Origin: Planctomycetota bacterium
Lineage (GTDB): Bacteria; Planctomycetota; UBA8108; SXIK01
DNA: 64,000 nucleotides
Direction: 5' to 3'
Assembly (NCBI GenBank): GCA_965223265.1
Contig: OZ244999.1
Location: forward strand, 6,496,001 to 6,560,000
Below the pieces are notes generated by a model that saw only the letters and a list, made by a program, of their open reading frames with translations, was not told where the DNA came from and searched no databases. The position numbers and the translations under genes were made by a program. Positions 1-8,408 of the stretch are shown in pieces. Each line of letters starts with the position of its first letter. The stretch's first letter is position 1.

Positions 1-21
1 TCGCAGCGACGCCCGACGTGC

Positions 22-1962
22 CTACAGCCCCAAGCGACGATTGTATACGAGCCATTCGATGAGAACGAAAACGAGCGCCACCGCAGCGAACCAACGCCAA
101 TGCTCGGTGCGCCCCTCTCCTTCGGCTTGATTCACCGCCACTTCGAAGTCGCCAAAGTCGATCTTTTCCGCGGGCTCAAGGTTGGACTCTCGTGCGTTCA
201 GCAACCCCACAGGCAGACGTTCGATCACTTGATCCGCCGCGATCACCTCGTACACACCGACCTCGCTCGGCGACGCGACCACCAAGTTGCCGTTACTCTC
301 TCGCGTGGGCACCAACCGTTCACCGCTTGGCGAGCGAAACACGACGCCCTCTTGCACTTCGTCTTCGCGATCAGCTGGCCTGTACACCAACGCTTCGCCG
401 CTACGGAAGCGACTGCGCGTGACCCCGCGGTTCTGTTGTTCGAGCCATTCCAGAGCATTCGCGAAAAAGATCGGGAACGAGTAGTGTTGATCGAATGGCC
501 AGTTCGTGTCCATGACGTCGAAACCGATCACCACCGCGGTAGCAGGTCGTTGTCCGGGTCGCCGAAACAAATAGCTACCGATAATCGGCCCCTGATCAGA
601 CTCGACGAGGGGGAGGAATCCATCCCGCTCCTCCAGGACGAACGAAGACTCGATGATCAAGTTCGTGTAGAGCAAGAATCGGTTCACAGGGTGCGACCGA
701 TCCCAATCGATGATGAGAGGCAATTCGACGCGGCTCGAATCCAAAGTAGAATCTTCGCCGCGCTCGGTCTCAGCGTCGGGCGCACCTGGTAGGCAGCCGA
801 CATAGAGCGATGGCAGCTGCGGCACGCCCGGGGGAGCCTTCTGGTTGAACAGGACAACGTCGGCACCAAGTTTGCGAGAAAGGTTCTCAGGTGGGACGTC
901 GCGGGTCTCCTGTAGGTACTCGCCGAAGGCGACACGTCGCATGACGAGGAATGGACTGCCACGAAAAAGCGACTCGATCCAAAAATTGGGTTCACTCACG
1001 AGCAAGACGTTGATGCGCCGTTGTTCCTGCACGCGTACCCAAGCTCGGTCATCCAAATCGAGCGCGTCATCAACTTGGACCTCGACACGCGCAACGCCGT
1101 CCAGTCGATCACCGCAATCGAAGGTGACAGAGTGACTCTTGCCTGCGGCGAGCTCAACCTCCTTGACGTCGACGAGGTCGTCATCAAAAAAGAACTCCAC
1201 TTCGCCACTCCACGCCTTGCTACCGAAGTTCTTCAGTACGGCCAAAACTTCGATCCGCCGATCCACTTCGTAAGTTTGGCGCGCGTCACACTCGATCACG
1301 GCGACGTTAGCCACCGGTGCTGCGGCACTGAAGAACTTCACACGCTGTCGTTTCACCTCTTCAGGCAAACGACTCAAATCTCCGTAGCAACTGTCGCCGA
1401 GGACGTGCACCTCGGCGTCGACGAGAGTGGAGGCCAGCGCGGTACCGTCGACGAGGGAAGGCGTCAATCGCGTCGGCGACGCGACCGCAGCAACCGAATC
1501 GATCGTCGCTGAGAGTGCCGTGCGATCTCGAGTGAGCGCCGCACGCGTCTGCGTTCGCGCCCCGAACGACAGGATCGCGGCGCGGTCCTCCGGTTTCATC
1601 GAAGCGATTAGTTCGCGAGCGTGTTCTTTGATGCGATCGATCCGAGCCTGTCCACCTTCACGCGCCGCCATGCTAGCTGACTGATCGATGAGGAGAACCA
1701 CGTTACGTCCGGGCTCGAGTTTGCCGATCGTATGTGGTCTCCACAGCGCGAGGATCAACCCTACCAGAATGATCAGCTGCAGAAGCAAAAGGAGGCTTCG
1801 CCGCAGCCGTTGAAACGGCGCGTTAACATGCAGATCCTCGACAGATCGACGCCAAAGAACAGTACTCGACACTACGCGCTCCTGTCGACGCAGCTTCAAG
1901 AAGTAGAGCGCAATCAGGGCCGGAATGAATGCTAGCAGCGAATACACTGGGAGCCAGCTCAT
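22..1962 (-). CDS. BatA-domain / von Willebrand factor A (vWA) membrane protein
   Basis: N-terminal BatA-like segment (PALIALYFLKLRR..VSSTVLWRR..LLLLLQL), MIDAS motif DQSASM and C-terminal TM helix ending in EWLVYNRR. ATGA overlap with the DUF58 gene. Confidence 0.85.
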   Translation of the reverse strand: MSWLPVYSLLAFIPALIALYFLKLRRQERVVSSTVLWRRSVEDLHVNAPFQRLRRSLLLLLQLIILVGLILALWRPHTIGKLEPGRNVVLLIDQSASMAAREGGQARIDRIKEHARELIASMKPEDRAAILSFGARTQTRAALTRDRTALSATIDSVAAVASPTRLTPSLVDGTALASTLVDAEVHVLGDSCYGDLSRLPEEVKRQRVKFFSAAAPVANVAVIECDARQTYEVDRRIEVLAVLKNFGSKAWSGEVEFFFDDDLVDVKEVELAAGKSHSVTFDCGDRLDGVARVEVQVDDALDLDDRAWVRVQEQRRINVLLVSEPNFWIESLFRGSPFLVMRRVAFGEYLQETRDVPPENLSRKLGADVVLFNQKAPPGVPQLPSLYVGCLPGAPDAETERGEDSTLDSSRVELPLIIDWDRSHPVNRFLLYTNLIIESSFVLEERDGFLPLVESDQGPIIGSYLFRRPGQRPATAVVIGFDVMDTNWPFDQHYSFPIFFANALEWLEQQNRGVTRSRFRSGEALVYRPADREDEVQEGVVFRSPSGERLVPTRESNGNLVVASPSEVGVYEVIAADQVIERLPVGLLNARESNLEPAEKIDFGDFEVAVNQAEGEGRTEHWRWFAAVALVFVLIEWLVYNRRLGL

Positions 1963-2858
1963 TTCACCAACCCCCGACGGCGTAGGTACTCAAGAACCAG
2001 GCGATCGAACGCCCGCGCAGTGCTCGTGGGTACGTAGTGCATGCCGCGCGCCGCGCAGTAGTTCCGAATCTCGGCGCAGAAGAGGTCGAGCGTTTTTTTA
2101 TAGCGTTTGAGCAGCGCCCCGGACACGGAGATTTCAGCTTCGCTCCCGTCCTCGACATCGACGAGGCGCAGGTCACCGGTAACCTCCGGCTCAATCTCCT
2201 GCGGCGCGAGGACGTGAAACACGAAGATCTCCGTCGATCGACCGCCGGCGAGAAGATAGCGCAGGCACGACTCAAACCCTTCCTTGTCGAGAAAGTCGGT
2301 GATAAAGATCACGAGCCCACCGCCTCGCTGGCTCAGCGAAAACTCCTTACACGAACGGGCTAAATCAGTTCCCGCCTCATCGGCCGAGTCCACCCCGCCA
2401 AGCACGTCGAACAGTCGCATGGTCTGCCGACGCCCTCGAGCCGGGCCGAACAGCGGAGTCATGCGCTCAGCGAAACCGGCGAGGCTGACGCGGTCTTGGT
2501 TCACCAGGCCGATGTATGCTAGAGCCGCAGCCAGTTTCTTGGCGTACTCTAGTTTGTTGGGGTCACCGAAGTCCATCGAAGCGCTACGGTCGATCAAGAT
2601 CCGCACGCTCAGATCCTCCTCTTCGAGAAAGATCTTCAGAAACAACCGATCCAAACGTCCGTACACGTTCCAGTCGAGATATCTGAGGTCATCCCCGGGC
2701 ACGTAAGCGCGGAAGTCCGCGAACTCGTTCGAGTACCCACGTCGCTTCGACAACCGATCGCCCTTCAGCTGACCAGCAATCATTCGCCGCGACACGAGCT
2801 CAAGCTGCTCGATCTTGGCGATGAATTCGTCGTCCAACAATCGCTGTTTGGTTGCCAC
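1959..2858 (-). CDS. DUF58 domain protein (MoxR partner, vWA-like)
   Basis: Motif EFADFRAYVPGDDLRYLDWNVYGR..LKIFLEEE followed by DRSASM. GTG at 2858 chosen as start, which is uncertain. Confidence 0.9.
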   Translation of the reverse strand: MATKQRLLDDEFIAKIEQLELVSRRMIAGQLKGDRLSKRRGYSNEFADFRAYVPGDDLRYLDWNVYGRLDRLFLKIFLEEEDLSVRILIDRSASMDFGDPNKLEYAKKLAAALAYIGLVNQDRVSLAGFAERMTPLFGPARGRRQTMRLFDVLGGVDSADEAGTDLARSCKEFSLSQRGGGLVIFITDFLDKEGFESCLRYLLAGGRSTEIFVFHVLAPQEIEPEVTGDLRLVDVEDGSEAEISVSGALLKRYKKTLDLFCAEIRNYCAARGMHYVPTSTARAFDRLVLEYLRRRGLVK

Positions 2859-2918
2859 GTTAGCTGACCTATTTTCCCAGGAATTCCTCAGCAACCGAAT
2901 CGAGACTCGACGCCATGG

Positions 2919-3926
2919 TTAGCTTTCCGACACCTCAGTCGTCTTCTCCAGAATCTCATCGACGATCCGGTCAGTCTCGACGCCTTCAGCTTCGCCCTCA
3001 AAGTTGAGAAGAATGCGATGCCGCAGCACCGGATGCGTCGACCTCTTCAAGTCGTCAAAACTCACGTTGTAACGACCATCAAGAAGGGCGCGGATCTTTG
3101 CGGCGAGGAGAAGCGACTGTGCGCCGCGCGGGCTGGAGCCGTAGCGGACATACTGATTCGTCATTGGTACGGCGTAGTCCTTTCCGGGATGGGTGGAAAG
3201 GATCACCCGAATCGCATAATCCTTGACGTGCGGCGCAACCACTACTTGACGCACGAGATCTTTCCACTTTTCGATTTCGTCGCCGCCCATGACAACGGAG
3301 CGCTGATCGTCGAATGCATCCACCGTGCGCTCGAGCACGGTGCCAAGCTCCTCGCGCGTAGGGTAATCTACCAAAACCTTGAACATGAAGCGGTCGAGCT
3401 GAGCCTCCGGGAGTGGATACGTCCCGTCCATCTCGAGAGGGTTCTGCGTCGCCAAGACGATGAACGGCTTCTTCATGGCGTAGATCGTTCCAGCCACAGT
3501 CACACTTCGCTCCTGCATCGCCTCGAGCAGCGCAGATTGCGTCTTCGGTGTGGCGCGGTTGACTTCATCGGCGAGCACAATGTTTCCGAAAATCGGTCCC
3601 TTTTGAAACTCGAAGTGCTTTCGGCCGGTGTCGTCCTCGATGACGATGTTCGTACCAACAATGTCAGCTGGCATGAGATCCGGCGTGAACTGAATACGTC
3701 GAAACTCCAAATCGAGTACTTCGCTCAGCGTGCGCACCAAGAGTGTCTTGCCCAGTCCAGGGACGCCCTCAAGCAGGCAATTGCCGCCGGCAAACAGGGC
3801 GATGAGCACCTGATCGATGATGTGCTGCTGACCGACGATCATCTTGCTGATCTCGTCGCGCACGCGGCCGAATTGCTGGCGAAACTCGGCGGCCTGCTCT
3901 TCCATGGCGGACGCGGCTATACTCAT
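2919..3926 (-). CDS. moxR: MoxR-family AAA+ ATPase
   Basis: Walker A GVPGLGKT, RIQFTPDLMPAD, Walker B LADEVNRATPKTQSALLEAMQE, ATQNPLE.GTYPLPEAQLDRF. Confidence 0.95.
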   Translation of the reverse strand: MSIAASAMEEQAAEFRQQFGRVRDEISKMIVGQQHIIDQVLIALFAGGNCLLEGVPGLGKTLLVRTLSEVLDLEFRRIQFTPDLMPADIVGTNIVIEDDTGRKHFEFQKGPIFGNIVLADEVNRATPKTQSALLEAMQERSVTVAGTIYAMKKPFIVLATQNPLEMDGTYPLPEAQLDRFMFKVLVDYPTREELGTVLERTVDAFDDQRSVVMGGDEIEKWKDLVRQVVVAPHVKDYAIRVILSTHPGKDYAVPMTNQYVRYGSSPRGAQSLLLAAKIRALLDGRYNVSFDDLKRSTHPVLRHRILLNFEGEAEGVETDRIVDEILEKTTEVSES

Positions 3927-4117
3927 GAGAACTCAGCTCCTGGTTCAGCATCTGGGGAAGAATCATCGAGAAGAATCATCGGGAAAAGTCGACTGACTGC
4001 GCGGTCAATTCAGAGGACAACAAGCCATGGCGATTCTGGGAACACCTGGTTCCGCGGTGCAGCTCGACCGTCCGTCGCCGCAGGCGTCGCGGAGGCATAG
4101 GATTGACGGACTTGCGA

Positions 4118-7100
4118 CTAGCTCTCGTCCTCCTCCTTCTTCTCCCGAAGCGCTCTCTTCTTCGCTTCGAGAAGGCGTGATGTATAGGATCCCGCCGCCT
4201 CTGAGCTCGGCTCTGCCTCGGCTGCGGGCGCGGACTCTTTCGCCGGCTTGTCTGCACCGTGGCGAGCGCGCTCCGGCGTCACCTCGGTAAAACTCTCGAG
4301 CGCCGATGCGGCGTCGACCGGACGTGCGTCATCCTCGGCACGGGCATGCACCGCTCGGACACCCGCTGCGGCACGGCCAGAACCCACACGACGCGAAGCC
4401 GCTTCTGACGGTGCCGCGGAAGTCTCCACCGTTGACGGACTGTCAACCGAACCACCTCCGTAACGAGCGTCGGTCGATTCGCGCAGTTTCGCCTTGCGCT
4501 CGAGAAGCGTCGCCAACCGTCCTTCGGTAGGAGCTAGTTCGCGTTTTCTCACACCGATCAGCAAAGCGGCGTAGTTCACGGCCTTCAAGAATGCCTGACG
4601 GTAGTCGATGGCAACGCGGCGCACGAAGACGTCGATAAAAAACATCGCCAATGCCGCCAGAACCAGAGACTGCCAGACGTCACTGACGTCGTACGATGCC
4701 TCAAAGTCGCGGCGAAAGAACTGGGCGTCGGCAGGATCATCGAAGTAGACACCTCCTCCTGCGTCAGCGATCTGTCGCAAGAGTTCATGGTTGGTCTTCA
4801 AGCGTCGATACTCCCCTGAGTATGGCACACTCACGCCAGTGACGAACGAGCGTTGATTTCCGTCACGCTCGTAAACCGCGCTCAGCGTATAGGTACCCTT
4901 CTTCGGTGTCGCGAAGTTGGCGCGATAAGATCCAGGCGCAGTTTGCGGCATGTCGACTCGCTGATCTTTGAAGTCCGGTCCGACGACACTCACTTGCAGG
5001 TCGAGGTCTTTGATGAACCGGCCATCAAGACTGAGCGCGTCGAGCTGAATCGTCGCGGTGTCGCCTTCAATCGAGCGCGTGACGCGGAAACGCTCCTCGC
5101 CGCGCGTGCGCATGACCCACCGCAGGCACTGCGCCCAAAAGGGCTGAAACCCACTCCATTCGGCCCAGTTGCCTCCCCACCGCCGGCCGGCGTCGGACGT
5201 GAACGCGACCGCCTTGCCGACGCCGTAGGCCCAAGTCGCGAGCACGGGATCCTCCGTAGGATCGTCCTCGCTCGCGGGGTGAGTCAAAGGCACCGACGCG
5301 AGAGGCTTTCTGGTCGTCAAGACGTACCCGTTAAGTGGCGGCATGCCGCGCTGTCCAACACCCTGGAGAATCGGGTGGGAGCTGCGCAGATTTGGCGTGA
5401 ACGGCTCTTCTGAGATCAGAGACTTCGTCACCGTCGTTGTCTCACGGATAAAAATCTCCGGCAAATCGTCCGGTGACTGTAAGAAGTAGTAGTTTCCACC
5501 TCCGATCGCCGCCATGTTCTTCATCGCCGCCGGGATCGTGCCGTGTGCCCCATAGCATATGGTCGACACTGTGATCCCCGCGTTGACCATGTTGGAGAGG
5601 AGCGAGTTCGGGGGAGGCGTCGGATCGCCGTCGGACAAGACGATTAGGTGCTTGATCGATGCTGGCGTTGACTGTAGCCCGGTGAACGCCATCCGCATGA
5701 TGTTCTGAAACGACATCATGTCGCCGGGACTAAAATTCTGCAGAAGCCCGAGCATCTGCTGTCGCTTGCTGACAGGCGACATCGGGAAGAGCCACTGGTC
5801 CCCCGCATTGCCGTAGTAAAGAACACCGCAATAGTCACGCGGCGATAGAATCTTGATACCTTGCTGAAGGACCTGAACCGCCCAGTAGTTGCCGCGGGCC
5901 AGCTCACACGAGTGGACGACGAACGCGATGGCGCCGTTGGGCATGACCTTCTTGTTCTTGATGTCCATTTCAACGGGTAACAACCGTTCGATCGGCGTCG
6001 CCCGATAGCCGCCAGCGCCGAAACTGCTCTCACCGCCGATCATGACGAAGCCGACCCCGATCGTCTTGACGAGAGACTCGAACATCTTCATCGTGTCGAC
6101 GCTCAAACGGTCGGCTGGAATATCAGAGAGCACAATGGCGTCGTAACCGAAGTATCGCTCGATCGATGTCGGGAGCGTCTCTGGTGTGGCGATGTCCACG
6201 GAGATCTCTTCAGCTCGCAACGCATCCAGCAAAGCTTGGTCGCCTTCCTCGTCGTCGGCACAGAAGAGCACGGCAGGCGTGCCCTGCACACGCGTGAACC
6301 CGTACGCAACGTTGTTCTCGAAGATGTAGTCGTCCGTAGATCGCAGCGGCTCAACGCGCGCCTCGTAGTAGTTTTGGCCTACGCTTCCGATGCGACGACC
6401 GGAAAAATCGAAGACGTTCTTACCTGCCTTGAGAGGCTGGTTGGCACCCGAGACGAGCTGCCCATTTTCGTAAAGCTGCAGCTGCACCTCAGTCTCTATG
6501 GTCGAATCGACGACGACGCGGATGTCGAAAGGCTCACCAACATTCTGTTCAGGGTCGACGATAAGCTTTTCGACCGAGATTTCCGCGGGATACTCATAGG
6601 TGACCGGCACAACGTCGATGGTCACACCTTGAGCACGAGCGTTGTGGACCTCCTCCACCACCGACCCACTATTCTGATTGCCGTCCGAAAGCAGCACGAT
6701 GCGCTTGGCGTGGCGCTCCGGAAACGCTGCGGTGGCCAATCGGATAGCGGCGCCGATATTGGTAGCCTCTGGCTCGATCAGGGTCGAGAAACTCGTCAAA
6801 TCGAGCTCGAGCGGCCTTGGAGTCAGCTCGATGCCGGGTACGCGGCCAAACGCGAGGACGCCGACGCGATCGTCGGGTCGGCGCCCGTCGTTCGCCTTGC
6901 CATTGATGAACCGGCGCTCAGCGTCCCGCTGTTCAGCAGGCACACTCTCCGACAAGTCGGCGACGAAGATCACGGCGAGGTCGTCGTTCGTGCGAAAAAA
7001 CCGCGCTTCTGCGAGCGCCAGGACCAGTAGAATCACGACCACACAGCGCAAACCGAGGACCACCGCTCGTCGTACGGCAGGCAAGCCCGCGAGACTCCGC

Positions 7101-7183
7101 CGCGAAAAGAGAAAAATCAGGGGCACGAGCAGCAGCAGGAGCAGAAACCACGGCGAACCAAACGCCAACGAGAACTCGGTCAT
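4118..7183 (-). CDS. Large membrane protein with two vWA-like domains and a glutamine-amidotransferase-like domain
   Basis: N-terminal TM helices, DLSES MIDAS, LLSDGNQN, GFVMIGGESSFGAGGY..PIERLLPV, second vWA-like domain with LSDG, WAYGVGKAVAFTSD, and C-terminal TM followed by a low-complexity tail. Confidence 0.85.
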   Translation of the reverse strand: MTEFSLAFGSPWFLLLLLLVPLIFLFSRRSLAGLPAVRRAVVLGLRCVVVILLVLALAEARFFRTNDDLAVIFVADLSESVPAEQRDAERRFINGKANDGRRPDDRVGVLAFGRVPGIELTPRPLELDLTSFSTLIEPEATNIGAAIRLATAAFPERHAKRIVLLSDGNQNSGSVVEEVHNARAQGVTIDVVPVTYEYPAEISVEKLIVDPEQNVGEPFDIRVVVDSTIETEVQLQLYENGQLVSGANQPLKAGKNVFDFSGRRIGSVGQNYYEARVEPLRSTDDYIFENNVAYGFTRVQGTPAVLFCADDEEGDQALLDALRAEEISVDIATPETLPTSIERYFGYDAIVLSDIPADRLSVDTMKMFESLVKTIGVGFVMIGGESSFGAGGYRATPIERLLPVEMDIKNKKVMPNGAIAFVVHSCELARGNYWAVQVLQQGIKILSPRDYCGVLYYGNAGDQWLFPMSPVSKRQQMLGLLQNFSPGDMMSFQNIMRMAFTGLQSTPASIKHLIVLSDGDPTPPPNSLLSNMVNAGITVSTICYGAHGTIPAAMKNMAAIGGGNYYFLQSPDDLPEIFIRETTTVTKSLISEEPFTPNLRSSHPILQGVGQRGMPPLNGYVLTTRKPLASVPLTHPASEDDPTEDPVLATWAYGVGKAVAFTSDAGRRWGGNWAEWSGFQPFWAQCLRWVMRTRGEERFRVTRSIEGDTATIQLDALSLDGRFIKDLDLQVSVVGPDFKDQRVDMPQTAPGSYRANFATPKKGTYTLSAVYERDGNQRSFVTGVSVPYSGEYRRLKTNHELLRQIADAGGGVYFDDPADAQFFRRDFEASYDVSDVWQSLVLAALAMFFIDVFVRRVAIDYRQAFLKAVNYAALLIGVRKRELAPTEGRLATLLERKAKLRESTDARYGGGSVDSPSTVETSAAPSEAASRRVGSGRAAAGVRAVHARAEDDARPVDAASALESFTEVTPERARHGADKPAKESAPAAEAEPSSEAAGSYTSRLLEAKKRALREKKEEDES

Positions 7184-8277
7184 CGCCTCAACCCTCTCCC
7201 ACTGAGAATGTCGCTCGCCTGCCTCGTCTCGGCAGGTTGAGGCGTCCCCTGCGACTCCGGACCGCTTGCCACACCATCCGCTGCAACGACGTCCGATGCG
7301 GGCGGCTCGCGCTGCACCGCCGCCGTCTCCCAGTCGAAAATCTGCACGCGATGGTTGCCGTAATCAGCGACATAAACTCGTCCGTCAGGCCCGACTTCGA
7401 TATCCCACGGAGTCGAGAGCCGCCCCGGCGCACTGCCAGGTCCTCCCCAAAAACCAAGGAACTCTTCGTCGGCGGAGAACTTCTGAATGCGATGATTCCC
7501 CCACTCGCAGACCAAAATCGCGCCCTTGTGGTCGACAGCAACCGCGATCGGATAGCGAAACTCGCCAGGCCCCTGGCCAAGTCGTCCCAGGGAGCTAACG
7601 TAGCGACCGTCAAGACTGAACCGCTGAACGCGGTGATTCGCGCAGTCGGCGACGAGGAGATACTCAGTGCCCTCCCGCACCTCGATCGCCATGCCCTGTG
7701 GTCGCTGGAACTGACCGGGCGCCCCTCCCATCTTCCCCCACGATTTGATGAACTCGCCGCTCGATGTGAACTTGAGGATGCGGTCGTTGAGACCACCGAA
7801 GTCGCCAGCATAAACCATCCCCTGTGCATCGACGACGACGTCGCGCCCGAACGTCAGCTGACCCGGTCCGAGCCCGTTTGAACCCCAGCGCGCGAGGATC
7901 TCGCGGCCTTGAGGATCATAGCGGAGGATGCGGCTGTAGTGGCTGTCGTTGACGAGAAGGTTTCCATTCGCCTCAACGGTCATGCCGACAGGTTGGCCAT
8001 ACTTGAACTCCGGCAGCGTCCAGACGTTCAAGACACTACCGTCGTCGGCCAGGTGCTGGATGCGCCCGCTGCGGTCGACCGCGTAGAAGCTTCCATCTTT
8101 GGCAACCGCAATAGCGCGTGGTTTGATGAATCGTCCCGGGCGCTGACCGCGCGCGCCGATGGTCGTCGGCGCCTCGATGGCACCCTCAACACTCGAAGCA
8201 TTCGCCATCCACCAAGCGACACCGCTGGCGATGAACGTGACGACGACGATGCCTCGCACCAAATTCAACACGAGCAA
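7180..8277 (-). CDS. NHL-repeat beta-propeller protein with N-terminal membrane anchor
   Basis: Repeated G..PGQF..P.G.AV...G...V.D..NHR.Q.F units and a hydrophobic N-terminus. Confidence 0.9.
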   Translation of the reverse strand: MLVLNLVRGIVVVTFIASGVAWWMANASSVEGAIEAPTTIGARGQRPGRFIKPRAIAVAKDGSFYAVDRSGRIQHLADDGSVLNVWTLPEFKYGQPVGMTVEANGNLLVNDSHYSRILRYDPQGREILARWGSNGLGPGQLTFGRDVVVDAQGMVYAGDFGGLNDRILKFTSSGEFIKSWGKMGGAPGQFQRPQGMAIEVREGTEYLLVADCANHRVQRFSLDGRYVSSLGRLGQGPGEFRYPIAVAVDHKGAILVCEWGNHRIQKFSADEEFLGFWGGPGSAPGRLSTPWDIEVGPDGRVYVADYGNHRVQIFDWETAAVQREPPASDVVAADGVASGPESQGTPQPAETRQASDILSGRGLRR

Positions 8278-8408
8278 AAGACCTTCAGAGAATGGGAGGT
8301 AGCGCTGCGCCGCTCTGCCGCGTGCGGGCGTTCACGCCGCAGTCCCGAGTGACAACGGGACACTGAAATGTGCGTGCTCGCGCGGTCCAACGACGCCGCG
8401 CGGTCGAA

